From: Chiloscyllium plagiosum
Taxonomy: Eukaryota
Direction of reading: 5' to 3'
Length of the DNA: 64,000 nucleotides
Assembly: GCF_004010195.1 (NCBI RefSeq)
Contig: NC_057749.1
Location: 21,903,998 to 21,967,997, forward strand
Below are positions 12,659-25,600 of the stretch, piece by piece (position 1 is the stretch's first letter; every line of letters starts with the position of its first letter). The notes beneath the pieces are model-generated. The model saw only the letters and a list, made by a program, of their open reading frames with translations. It was not told the DNA's origin and ran no database searches. The position numbers and the translations under genes were made by a program.

Positions 12659-13257
12659 TGTTATGGACCCAAACCAAACCCTCTCAAAATATATTAAGGA
12701 GATAGCCTAGACTCTAACTTCTTAATTTAAAGGCTAGTGCCAAACTTTGAATTTGATTGGTCAAACTACCAGTCTTGAAGCAAAACACACTTTATTCATG
12801 CACTAAAGTTAAAACACAATGAAAGAAAGAAGAAATTGGAATAACCTAACTCTATCGGAACACTTAGCAGAATAATAGGTTGTTTAACTACTAAATAGTA
12901 ACTGTCCAATATAGTTACATCCCATAACGTATCCCTGGAAAAGACAAATTCAGTAAAACAGATTGCCTCACATGCAATTCTTCAGTCCAGGAGGCATTAA
13001 GAGAAAACTCTGAGAGAGACAGTAGCAGGGAGTGATGTACTACAGCTTCCAAACTCAAATTCAAGACCCCAGCAACTGCTACTGAAAAACTAAAATTAGA
13101 ATTGCTGGGGGAGTTTGACCCCACCCATTCAGGCTGCTTCTATTGTTCCAATCTAAACAAAGCCCAAGACCTTATTGGCTCTGAGTAGATTGATTGGCAT
13201 CTCTGTCTCAATCTTTCTTGAAGGACAAATATACCTCTTAAAGCCATTGTATCATCA
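12659..13257. mobile_element. Probable solo LTR
   Basis: About 600 bp bounded by TG...CA, interrupting the DeuSINE tail. Flanks TTGGAAG/TTGGGAG. AATAAA on the minus strand at about 12791. Confidence 0.5.
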
Positions 13258-14574
13258 TTGGGAGAATGTAAGGTCATGGAAAGGTGCGAGCTAAATGCAA
13301 GCTTTTCTTATCCAAAAAAAGGTACATGCACTCATCAAGGGTGGTCTTCAAAAGACCAAGATAGTTCCTGCGGTGTACTCCAGATCACAAGTCACACATT
13401 TGTTTCTTTTCCTTCAGAGGATGTGGGTGTCCCTGTCTTGGGTCAGCATAGATTACTGATCTCTAATCACCCTGGAGAAGGTCCGAGTGAGCTGCTTTCT
13501 TCATCCACTGCAGCCTTTACTATATAGGTACACCCATAGGGCTGTTTGGGAGGGGGTGCCAGTATTCTGCCACACTGAAGGAACAGTGACACACACAAGG
13601 TGGTGAGTGGCTTTGAATGGGAATTTGCAAATGCTCCCACATATCCTTGACCTTTTGTGCATTTGGATGATGCTGGTAGATTCCCCCAAAGTCTTTAAGG
13701 CCCATCAGAGGAACCAAAAGTGAAGAGATTCAAGGCCATGGTGTATTTGGTAACTATCAGCAGGGCATGACATTCAGGTCTGTGAGCATTTGCAAAGTCT
13801 CTGTAACCAGCTGCTGAGAGAGCCATCGTTTCTTGGGTCCCAGGTTAGACCTGCCTTTGTCAGTCTGCTTTCTGGTCTCCCTAACCCCACGTTCTCTCCC
13901 TCCTGCTGCTTGGGGCTCCGTCCTTCCTGAGGAAGGTGTTCTCCTCTTATTGCCCCTCTGACTATAAACAGCTGAGCCCCTATCCACCCACCCCCAACCT
14001 GGCAGGTAGTCACCCCAATTTCCTTGGCAGCTTTGCCCCTCATCTCCATGCCCTAGCAATGCCAGGAGAAGAGGTTGATTTTGTTTGATGCCTGTGTCTT
14101 TCTACACAGTCCCAAGGCCACCTCTACTCCCATTCCCTCTTGACCCCATTAACTCTCACAGAGCTGGTGTGATGCCCTGGGGCATCCGGAATTGGCTATC
14201 TACTCTCTACACTCCCCGATCACCTTCTGAGAGTGGATCTAATCTAAAGATTTCAAGTTCTACCCTTGTCAAGCCTTTGAATAAGAGCAGGAATCCTATG
14301 CCAACCTGTTGGTGCCAGTATTAACCTGCTACATGTACAGCTGGCAAAGGAGGAACCAGGAGACAGTTTGTCCAAACATCCACTTATGTGCAGTAACCAG
14401 TACAAAGAGGACTTTTCCCAATTCTTGGGGAAATGTTTCCTTTTACTCCATTGATAAGCTTTTAAATATTAAAAACGATAAATTCAAATTGAACCAAATT
14501 AAAAGGATAAACCTCCCTTGCAGGGACATTGCAACAAAAATCAAAGTAAATATCAAATTAAATTAAGACATCCC

Positions 14575-14888
14575 ATAGAATCCCTACAGTGTGGAAATAG
14601 GCCCTTCGGCCTAACAGGTACACACCAACCATCCAAAGAGTAACACACCCAGAACCATTCCCCTTACCTTATATTCACCCCTGACTAACTCACCTGACCT
14701 ATACATTCCTAAACACTACGAGCAATTTCCCATGGGCAATCCACCTCATTGTGGATATTGGGAGGAAACCCACGCAGACTCAGGGCGAATGTGCACACGC
14801 CACACAGACAGTTATCTGAGGCTGGAATTGAACCCAGGTCCCTAGCGCTGTGAGGCAGCAGTGCTAACCACTGAGCCACCCTTCCACC
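14575..14888 (-). mobile_element. HE1-type SINE
   Basis: Head, body and tail motifs on the minus strand. Confidence 0.85.
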
Positions 14889-15419
14889 CCCGTGCCTGTG
14901 CTCTAACCTTTCTCTGATATTATCAGCTGCTCTTACTAACAGATTAAAGCACGCATATGCATGCAGATGGGGCTTTTGTGGTGCAATGGTAGTGTCTGTA
15001 TCTCTGAGCTGGGAGGACCAAACTCAAGTAGCCCCCCCGCCCAACCCGGATCCAAAGGTGCGCCATAACATCACTGAATGGGTTAATTTTGTCAACGTTT
15101 GCACAACTACATATTTACTTGACACATCATTTCCAACATAGGCACCAGTGCTGCCAACTTGACATTGATACCCTGGCCAGCTCTGGCACTTAAGGGCTTT
15201 TCCATCTCTGTTGCTCATTTTGGGCAAAGAATGAGCCCCTGTTATCTGCTGCTGCCTTTGTGCTTTTATTTTGTTGTCTTCAGTTCTCTTCCCATGGTGC
15301 ATGCTGTGTATTTCTTTGCCCTGTTCAACCCCCAAACACTCACATTTCTCCAGACTGAATTCCAGTGCAACTTTCCTGTTCCATTGGACCTTTTTAAAAT
15401 TCAGTCACAGGATCAGGGT

Positions 15420-16080
15420 TGCACCGTGGCTTAGTGGTTCGAACTGCTCCATCGCAGCGGCAGGACCCTGGGTTCGATCCTACCCTTGCATGACTGTCTG
15501 TGAGCGGTTTGCGCATTCTTCCATCTGGGTGCTTTGGTTTCCTCCACCAGTTCAAAGATGGAGAGGCTGAACAGGCTGGGGCTGTTTTCCCTGGAGCGTC
15601 AGAGGCTGAGGGGTGACCTTATAGAGGTTTACAAAATTATGAGGGGCATGGATAGGGTAAATAGGCAAAGTCTTTTCCGTGGGGTCGGGGAGTCCAGAAC
15701 CAGAGGGCAGAGGTTTAGGGTGAGAGAGGAAAGATATACAAGAAATCTAAGGGGCAACGTTTTTACACAGAGGGTGGTACGTGTATGGAATGAGCTGCCA
15801 GAGGATGTGGTGGAGGCTGTTACAATTGCAACATTTAAGAGGTATTTGGATGGGTATCTGAATAGGAAGGGTTTGGAGGGATAGGACAGGTTGGAACGAA
15901 GGGTCTGTTTCCATGCTGTACATCTCTATGACTATGACTCTATGTGCAGGTTAGGTGGATTAGCCATAGGAAATATAGGGATAAAGGAGGGGGAGCTGGA
16001 TCTGGGTGCAGTGCTCTTCAGAGGGCCAGTGTGGACTTGATAGGCCAAATGGACTGCTCCCACACCTTAGGGAATCTACA
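15420..16080 (+). mobile_element. HE1-type SINE interrupted by a CR1 3' fragment (about 15560-15943)
   Basis: HE1 breaks at AAAGATG and resumes at TGCAGGTTAGG. The insert encodes ERLNRLGLFSLERQRLRGDLIEVYKIMRG and ends in (CTATGA)n. Confidence 0.9.
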
Positions 16081-16117
16081 TGAGGATGTCACAAGCCAGT
16101 TGCCAATTCCTAATTGC

Positions 16118-16640
16118 GGAGCATTTCAGAGAACACCTCTGGGACACCCGGACCAACCAACCCAACCACCCTGTAGCTCAACATTTCAATTCCCCCTCCC
16201 ACTCCACCAAGGATATGCAGGTCTTTGGACTCCTCCATCGTCAGACCACAACAAAACGACGGTTGAAGGAAGAACGCCTCATCTTCCGGCTAGGAACCCT
16301 CCAACCACAAGGGATGAACTCGGATTTCACCAGTTTCCTCATTTCCCCTCCCCCCACCCTGTCTCAGTCAAATCCATCAAATTCAGCACCACCTTCCTAA
16401 CCTGAGATCTTCTTCCCGACCTCTCCGCCCCCACCCCAGTCTGACCTATCACCCTCACCTTGACCTCTTTCCACCTATCACATTTCCGACGCCCCTCCCC
16501 CAAGTCCCTCCTCCCTACCTTTTATCTTAGCCTGCTGGACAAACTTTCCCCATTCCTGAAGAAGGGCTTATGCCCGAAACGTCGATTCTCCTGTTCCCTG
16601 GATGCTGCCTGACCTGCTGCGCTTTTCCAGCAACACATTT
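16118..16640 (+). mobile_element. Penelope-like family A 3' fragment (GIY-YIG endonuclease C-terminus)
   Basis: Encodes HFREHLWDTRTNQPNHPVAQHFNSPSH...RRLKEERLIFRLGTLQPQGMN. 15-bp TSD CCAATTCCTAATTGC at 16103-16117 and 16641-16655. Hammerhead motif at 16556-16583. Confidence 0.9.
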
Positions 16641-16644
16641 CCAA

Positions 16645-17210
16645 TTCCTAATTGCCCAAGGGGCAGTTAAGAGTCAACGACATTGCTGTGAGTCTGGAGT
16701 CACATGTAGGCCAGACCACATAAGATAGTAGTTTCTCTCTGTTAAGGACATTAGTGAACCAGATTAGTTTGTCCAACAACTGACAGTGGTTGTGTGGTCA
16801 TCATTGTACTGTTAACATCAGATTACAGTCTAAGAATAAGGGGTAAATCATTCAGGACTGAGATGAGGAAGAATTTCTTCACTCGGAGTTGTGAATGTGT
16901 GCAATTCTCTCCCGCAGGAAGCTGTTGGGCCAGTTCATTTGATATATTCAAGAAGGAGCTGGACATGGCCCTTGGGGCTAAAGGGATGAAGAGGTATGGA
17001 GAGAAAGCGGGAATGGCATACTGAGATTACATGATCAGCCGTGATCATATTGAATGGTGGTGCAGGGCCGAATGGCCTTATCCTGCACCTATTTTCTATG
17101 AATTCAAATTCCATTATTTGCCATGGAGGAATTCAAACTCAGGTCCCCAGAACATTATCTGGGTTTCTGGATGAACAGGTAATTTAATAGCACTGGGTCA
17201 TCACCTCCCA
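16645..17210 (-). mobile_element. SINE-B with nested + strand CR1 tail (about 16818-17100)
   Basis: SINE-B motifs flank a fragment encoding LRIRGKSFRTEMRKNFFT. Confidence 0.8.
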
Positions 17211-17869
17211 CTAGACAATAATATCTCCCTACAGTTTCTTCCTCACTGTTAATCACGTGGAACTACTGTTACACCACCTTACCACTCACTCCCACCACCA
17301 ATCTCCCCTTACCATTTAGTCTGACACTATATATCTGGAGTGCGCTCCTGACTGACATTCTGTCATCTCTCGTGAGGGGCTTGGCTTGTTTCTGGTGAGG
17401 CAGGATTAAGGAGGGACTTTCCAGGGAGGATATTTCACACAGCCATGCTGAAGATTGTTTAGTAAAGGCACACACTTCATTTTCAGTCACTCTCTTGGCA
17501 TAATGGAGTCAGTGTACTGTATTCAGTCTCTCGGTTGTAATGTACAGTAATGTCAGAGCATACAGAACCGAGACTATGTTTAAAGTGTAGCAGTAAAAGT
17601 AGTTACCATTGCTGATGGACTTTCAATTCACCTCATCATCGACCTGAGTTCAGAGCTAAAGTCACCAACCAGGAATAAATTGAAACGATCTGCACTGACC
17701 ACTGTGACCACAATGGAGGAACAATTGCGGGTGCATTGTCCTTTAAAAAAAACTGAAAGCCGTTAAAAAATGGGAATTTTGCAAGTGATGAAGGACAGCT
17801 CCAATCTATTAATGCAATCCTTAGGCAAACTACAGGAAAAACACGAAAAATAATAAGATTTACTTCCGC

Positions 17870-18368
17870 ACAGATTTTGTAGAGGCACCGTAGAAAGCAT
17901 TGAATCTGATGCATTACAGCTTGGTTTGTCAACTGCTCTTCCCAGGACCATGCAAAACTGCAGAGAGTTGTGAACACAGCTCAGTCCCTCACACAAACCA
18001 ACCTTCCATCCACTGACTCTATCTACACTTCCCACTGCCTCAGGAAGGCAGCCATCATCATCAAAGACCCCTCCCCCCGGTTATAATCTCTTCCATTGGG
18101 CAGAAGTACAAAAACTTAAATACACGTACCAGCAGATTCAAGAACAGCTTCTTCCCCGCTGTTTTTAAAACTCCTGAATGGACCTTTCACATTTCAAATC
18201 TAATATTGATTTTGCTTTTTCTGCACATAACTCTGCAGTCGTAACATTGTATTCCTCGCTCTATTCAATCACCCTGTACCTTTGTATGGTATGATCTGCC
18301 TGTACTGCACGCAGAACAAAACTTTTCACTGTACCCAGGTACGTGTGACAATAATAAATCAAATCAAA
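17870..18368 (+). mobile_element. Rex1/Babar-type LINE 3' fragment
   Basis: Translates to CITAWFVNCSSQDHAKLQRVVNTAQSLTQTNLP...RTSRFKNSFFPA. Tail AATAAATCAAATCAA. Confidence 0.8.
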
Positions 18369-19639
18369 CAAAATAAGATTAGTTGTTGATCTATTTTTCC
18401 ATTTTATTTACATTGGAAATAGAGTGAGAGCAAAAAACCGTGCTTGTGACATAATTCCAATTTATTTTGTGGGAACGCCACCTCTAGGCATTGCTCAGCC
18501 CTCTCCTTAAAGGTAGGAAATACATGAAGATGAAAAGCAACAACTTCTAAAGCAGCAACCGGGGGAAACAAAAATAAGAGAGAGGGAAAAAGAACAGAAA
18601 ATGCATTACACTGTACTGCAAATCTTGACATTGGCCTTTTTAAGTACATGGTGAAGATGGAGAGTAACCGTCTGGGCATGGATTGGCACTCCATTGACAT
18701 TTTACCAGAGTGTCAGTTATTTAAAGAAAAATAAACTATGTTTACTTCATGGCTCAATGAGGAGCTGATAATAAAGAAATGACGGGCAGTCAAACACCTG
18801 ACTGCTCTGGGAAGCAGAGCTTAATAATGACCGAAATCCTCCAGTGTTTCTCATGAACTTCCCAAAATCTCCTGACAAAACGTTCCAGATTTTAGGAGAC
18901 CAGTTGAAAGTTTGTTCCAATGTCAGGATACACAGTCTTGAGTTTATGCCACACTGATCATGGTCAAGTGGAACAATCGACCAAGTCGAAGGTAGGTGTT
19001 GATGTAAAATTACAGAATATAACTTCACCAAAGCTCTCTGAGCTGAAAGCTAAACAGAAGCGGGTGTTTACCATTAACAGAATGTTGTCATCAAGCCTAA
19101 AAGAATGAATGAATGAATGATTTTATTGTCACGTGTATTTTACAGCGAGTAAAACAGTAAAATACAGTGAAAAGCTTTTCCACTGTTGCCATAACCAGTG
19201 TCACTTTGAATAGTTTAAGAAGACAAGACACAACAAAGATTGGATAAATACATGAATAGGTAGGGTTTGAAGGAATATGGGCTAAGTGCAGTCACATGGC
19301 GCTAAATAGGTTTGTGCAGTGTGGCCTTGTTGGGCTAAGTGGTCTATTTCCGTGCTGTTTGGCTCTATAATTCTATACAGCTCAAAGAGAGCCAACCAGT
19401 CCTGGGCCAGCTCATCATCAACAATGCCTGCGCTGCCATCCCTCCTCCATGGCCTCACCACCAGCTACATCGGACCCAACCAACGATGCAGTTGCCCCTC
19501 TTCAGGAGCCGTCTTTTGCTGCTGGGCTGATTCTCCTCCGTCACCATATCGCCACGGGCACTACCTCGTTGCTGTCGGCATGATGCCCTTTCACCATCAC
19601 CAGCACCAGACCCAACCAACAATAAAGTTGCCGATCCCC

Positions 19640-22600
19640 AGACGCCATCTTTCTCTGCTGGGCCTACCGCACCGACGTCGAGATGATCACCAGTGCCATC
19701 TCACACCGTGGGGCCTAACTCATTGAAGTCACGATGATCACCAGTGCCATCTCACACCGCGGGGCCTAACTCATTGAAGTCACGATGATCCCCAATGCCA
19801 TCGCTCACCGCTGGGCCTAACTCACCAACGTCACAATGATCCGCAGGAGCCATCTCTCACCCCTAGGCCTAAATCATCGAAGTCACGATGATCCCCAGGC
19901 ACCATCTCTCACCCCTAGGCCTAAATCATCGACGTCATGATGATCCCCAGATGCCATCTCTCACCGCTGGGTCTAACTCACCGACATAACAATTGTCCCC
20001 AGGCACCATCTCTCACCCCTAGGCCTAAATCATCGAAGTCATGATGATCCCCAGGCACCATCTCTCACCCCTAGGCCTAAATCATTGAAGTCACGATGAT
20101 CCCCAGGCACCATCTCTCACCGCTGGGCCCAACACACCGACGTCATGATGATCCCCAGGTGCCATCTCTCACCGCTGGGTCTAACTCACCAACATAACGA
20201 TTGTCCCCAGGCACCATCTCTCACCGCTGGGCCTAACTCACAGACGTCATGATGATCCCCAGGTGCCATCTCTCACCGCTGGGTCTAACTCACCTACATA
20301 ACAATTGGCCCCAGGCACCATCTCTCACCCCCGGGCCTATCTCACAGACGTCACAATTATCACCAATGCCATCTCTCACCGCTGGCCCTAACTCAACGAC
20401 GTCAAGATGATCACTAGTGCCATCGCTTAACGCTGGGCCTAACTCATCGAAGTCACGATGATCCCCAGGTGCCAACTCTCACCGCAGGGCCTAACTCACC
20501 GACGTCACGATGGTCCCCAGGTGCCATCTCTCATCGCTGGGCCTAACTCACTGACATAACGATTGTCCCCAGGCACCATCTCTCACCCCGGGCCTAACTC
20601 ACAGACGTCACGATGATCCCCAGGCACCATCTCTCACCGCTGGGCCTAACTCACCGATGTCAAGATGATCACTAGTGCCACCTCTCACCGCTGGGCCTAA
20701 CTCACCGACGTCACGATGATCCCCAATGCCATCACTACCGCTGGGCCTAACTCACCGACGTCACGATGATCCCAAGGTGCCATCTCTCAACCCAGGCCTA
20801 ACTCATCAAAGTCACGATGATCCCCAATGCCATCTCTCACTGCTGGGCCTAACACACCAACGTCACGATGATCCCCAGGTGCCATCTCTCACCGCTGGGC
20901 CTAACTCACTGACATCACGATGATCACCAGGTGCCATCTCTCACCGCTGGGCCGAACTCACCGACATCACGATTATCACAAGTGCCATCTCTCACTGCTG
21001 GGCCTATCTCACCGATGTCACGATGATCACCAGGTGCGATCTCTCACCGCTGGGCCTAACTCACCGATGTCACGATTATCACAAGTGCCATCTCTCACCG
21101 CTGGGCCTAACACACCGATGTCACGATGATCCCCAATGCCATCTCTCACCGCTGGACCTAACTCATTGAAGTCACGATGATCCCCAATGCCATCTCTCAC
21201 CGCTGGGCCTAATTCAACCATGTCACGATGATCCCCAGGTGCCATCTCTCACCCCTCGGCCTAACTCGTCGAAGTCACGATTATCCACAATGCCATCTCT
21301 CACCGCTGGGCCTAACTCACCGACGTCACAATGATCCCCAATGCCACCTCCCAATGCTGGCCATAACTCACCGACGTCAAGATGATCACTAGTGCCATCT
21401 CTTACCGCTGGGCCTAACTCAATTAAGTCACGATGATCCCCATGTGCCATCTCTCACCGCTGGGCCTAACTCACCAACGTCACGATGATCGCCAGGCGCC
21501 ATCTTTCACCCCTGGGCATAACTCACCGACGTCATGATTATCCCCAGGCACCATTTCTAACCGCTGGGCCTAACTCACTGACATAACGATTGTCCCCAGG
21601 CACCATCTCTCACCCCGGGCCTAACTCACAGACGTCACGATGATCCCCAGGCACCATCTCTCACCGCTGGGCTTAACTCACCAATGTCACGATGATCCCC
21701 AATGCCATCTCTCACCGCTGGGCCTAACTCACCGACGTCGCAATGATCCCCAATGCTATCTCTCACCGCTGGGCCTAACTCACCGATGTCATGATGATCC
21801 CCAATGCCATCTCTCACTGCTGTGCCGAACTCACCGATGTCACGATGATCCCCAATGTCCCCTCTCACCGCTGGACCTAACTCATTGAAGTCACGATGAT
21901 CCCCAATGCCATCTTCAACCATGTCACGATGATCCACTGGTGCCATCTCTCACCCCTCGGCCTAACTCGTCGAAGTCACGATTATCCACAATGCCATCTC
22001 TCACCGCTGGGCCTAACTCACCGACGTCACGATGATCCCCAATGCCATCTCTCACCGCTGGGCCTAATTCAACCATGTCACGATGATCCACAGGTGCCAT
22101 CTCTCACCCCTCGGCCTAACTCGTCGAAGTCACGATTATCCACAATGCCATCTTTCACCGCTGGGCCTAACTCACAGACGTCACGATGATCACCAGGTGC
22201 CATCTCTCACCGCTGGGCCTAACTCACCGACGTCACGATGATCCCCAAAGCCATCTCTCACCGCTGGGCCAAACTCACCGACGTCAAGATGATCACTAGT
22301 GCCATCTCTTACCGCTGGGCGTAACTCACCGACATCACGATTATCCCCAGGCACCATTTCTCACCGCTGGGCCTAACTCACCTACATCACGATTATCCCC
22401 AGGCATCATTTCTCACCGCTGAGCCTAACTCACCAATGTCACGGTGATCACCAGGTGCCATCTCTCAACGCTGGGCCTAACTCACCGATGTCATGATGAT
22501 CCCCATTGCCATCTCTCACCGCTGGGCCTAACTCACCGACGTCACGATGATCCCCAATGCCATCTCTCACCGCTGGCCCTAACTCACCGACGTCAAGATG

Positions 22601-25600
22601 ATCCCCAGGTGCCATCGCTCACCGCTGGGCCTAATTCACCGATGTCACGATGATCACCAGGTGCCATCTCTCACTGCTGGGCCTAACTCAGCGACGTCAC
22701 GATGATCCCCAATGCCATCTCTCATCACTGGGCCTAACTCAGCGATGTCACGATGGTCTGCAGGTGCCATCTCTCACACCTAGGCCTAACTCATCGAAGT
22801 CACGATCATCCCCAATGCCATCTCCCACTGCTGGGCCTAACTCACCGACGTCACGATTATCACCAGTGCCATCTCTCACCGCTGTGCCTAACTCACCGAC
22901 ATCACAATTATCACCAGAGCCATCTCTCACCGCTGGCCCTAACTCACCGACATCAAGATGATCACTAGTGCCATCTCTCACCACTGGGCCTAACTCACCG
23001 ACATCACGATGATCCCCAGGTGCCATCTGTCACCGCTTGGCCTAACTCATCGAAGTCACGATGATCCCCATGCAACATCTCTCAGCGCTGGCCCTAACTC
23101 ACCGAAGTCACGATGATCCCCAAAGCCATCTCTCACCGCTGGCCCTAACTCACCGACGTCACGATGATCCCCAATGCCATCTCTCACCGCTGGGCCTAAT
23201 TCACCGACGTCACGTTGACCCCCAGGTGCCATCTCTCGCTGCTGGGCCTAACTCACCGACGTCACGATGATCCCCAAAGCCATCTCTCACCGCTGGGCCT
23301 AGCTCACCGATGTCACGATGATCCCCAGGTGCCAAATCTCACCCCAGGGCCTAACTCATTGAAGTCACGATGATCCCCAATGCCATCTCTCACCGCTGGG
23401 CCTAACTCACCGACGTCACGATGATCCCCAGGTGCCATCTCTCACCGCTGGGCCTAACTCACCGACGCCACGATGATCCCTAATGCCATCTCTCACCGCT
23501 GGGCATAACTCACCGATGTCACGATGATCCCCAATGCCATCTCTCACCGCTGGGCATAACTCACCGATGTCACGATGATCCCCAGGTGCCATCTCTTGCT
23601 GCTGGGCCTAACTCACCGACGTCACGATGATCCCCATGCACCATCACTCACCGCTGGGCCTAACTCACCAACGTCACGATGATTCCCTGGTGACAACTCT
23701 CACCGCTGGGCCTAATTCACCAACATAATGATTGTCCCCTGGCACCATCTCTCACCACGGGCCTAACTCACCGACGTCACGATGATCACCATGCACCATC
23801 TCTCACCGCTGGGCATCACTCACCAACGTCACGATGATCCCCAGGTGCCAACTCTCACCGCTGGGCCTAACACACCGACATAATGATTGTCCCCTGGCAC
23901 CATCTCTCACCACGTGCCTAACTCATAGACGTCACGATGATCCCCAGGTGCCATCTCTCACCGCTGGGCCTAACTCTCCGACATCACGATTATCAACAGG
24001 CACCATCTCTCACCCCGGGCCTAACTCACAGACGTCACAATGATCCCCAGGTGCCACCTCTCACCGCTGGGCCTAATTCACTGACATCACGATGATCACC
24101 AGATGGCATCTCTCACCGCTTGGCCTAACTTACCGATGTCATGATGATCCCCAATGCCATCTCTCACCGGTTGGCCTAACTTACTGATGTCATGATGATC
24201 CCCAATGCCATCTCTCACCGCTGGGCCTAACTCATTGAAGTCACGATGATCCCCAAAGCCATCTCTCACCGCTGGGCCTAACTCATCGATGTCACGATGA
24301 TCACCAGGTGCCATCTCTCACCCCTAGGCCTAACTCATCAAAGTCACGATGATCCCCAATGCCATCTCTCACTGCTGGGCCTAACTCACCGACATCACGA
24401 TGATCTCCAGGTGCCATCTCTCACCGCTGGGCCTAACTCACCGACGTCACGATGATCCCCAATGCCATCTCTCACCGCTGGGCCTAACTCACCGACGTCA
24501 CGATAATCCCCAATGCCACCTCTCACCATTGGCGCTAACTCACCGACGTCACGATGATCACTAGTACCATCTCTTACCGCTGGGCCTAACTCACCAACGT
24601 CACGATGATCACCAGGTGCCATCTCTCACCGTTGGGCCTAACTCATCGATGTGACGATGATCCCAGGTGCCAACTCTCACCGCTGCTCCTAACTCACCTA
24701 CATCAAGATGATCCGCAGGCGCCACCTCTCACCGTTGTGCCTAACTCACCGACATCTTGATTATCCCCAGTCACCATCTCTCACCGCTGGGCCTAAATCA
24801 CCAACGTCACGATGATCCCCAGGCACCATTTCCCACCGCTGGACCCAAATCACCGACGTCACGATGATCATCAGGTGCCATGTCTCACCGCTGTGCCTAA
24901 CTCACCGATGTCACGATGATCCCCAATGCCATCTCTCACCGCTGGGCCTAACTCATTGAAGTCACGATGATCCCCAGGTGCCATCTCTCACCACTGGGCC
25001 TAACTCATCGAAGTCACGATGATCCCCAATGCCACCTCTCACAGCTGGGCCTAACTCACTGACATCTTGATTATCCCCAGTCACCATCTCTCACCGCTGG
25101 GCCTAAATCACCAACGTCACAATGATCCCCAGGCACCATCTCCCACCGCTGGACCCAAATCAGCGACGTCACGATGATCATCAGGTGCCATGTCTCACCG
25201 CTGGGCCTAACTCACCGATGTCACGATGATCCCAGGTGCCAACTCTCACCGCTGCTCCTAACTCACCTACGTCAAGATGATCCGCAGGCGCCACCTCTCA
25301 CCGTTGTGCCTAACTCACCGACATCATGATTATCCCCAGACACCATCTCTCACTGCTGGGCCTAACTCACCAACATCACGATGATCACCAGGTGCCATCT
25401 CTCACCGCTGGGCCTAACGCACCGATGTCACAATGGTCCCGTTTGCCATCTCTCACCGCTGAGCCTAACTCACCGATGTCACGATGATCTCCAGGTGCCA
25501 TCTCTCACCGCTGGGCCTAACTCACTGACGTCACAATGATCCCCAGGTGCCATCTCTCACCGCTCGGCATAACTCACCGACGTCACGATGATCCCCAGAT

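Larger units (their letters stand above)
11878..13308 (+). mobile_element. DeuSINE-like (SacSINE1/AmnSINE-type) copy split by HE1 and LTR insertions
   Basis: tRNA-like head, then a Deu-core-like segment GACTGACATCCCA...GAGTGCTGCATTGTCAGGAGTGCCGT...GAGATGCTAAAC. It resumes at 12540 and ends in an L2-like tail AAAGGTGC...AAATGCAAG at about 13300. Family assignment is from memory. Confidence 0.6.
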
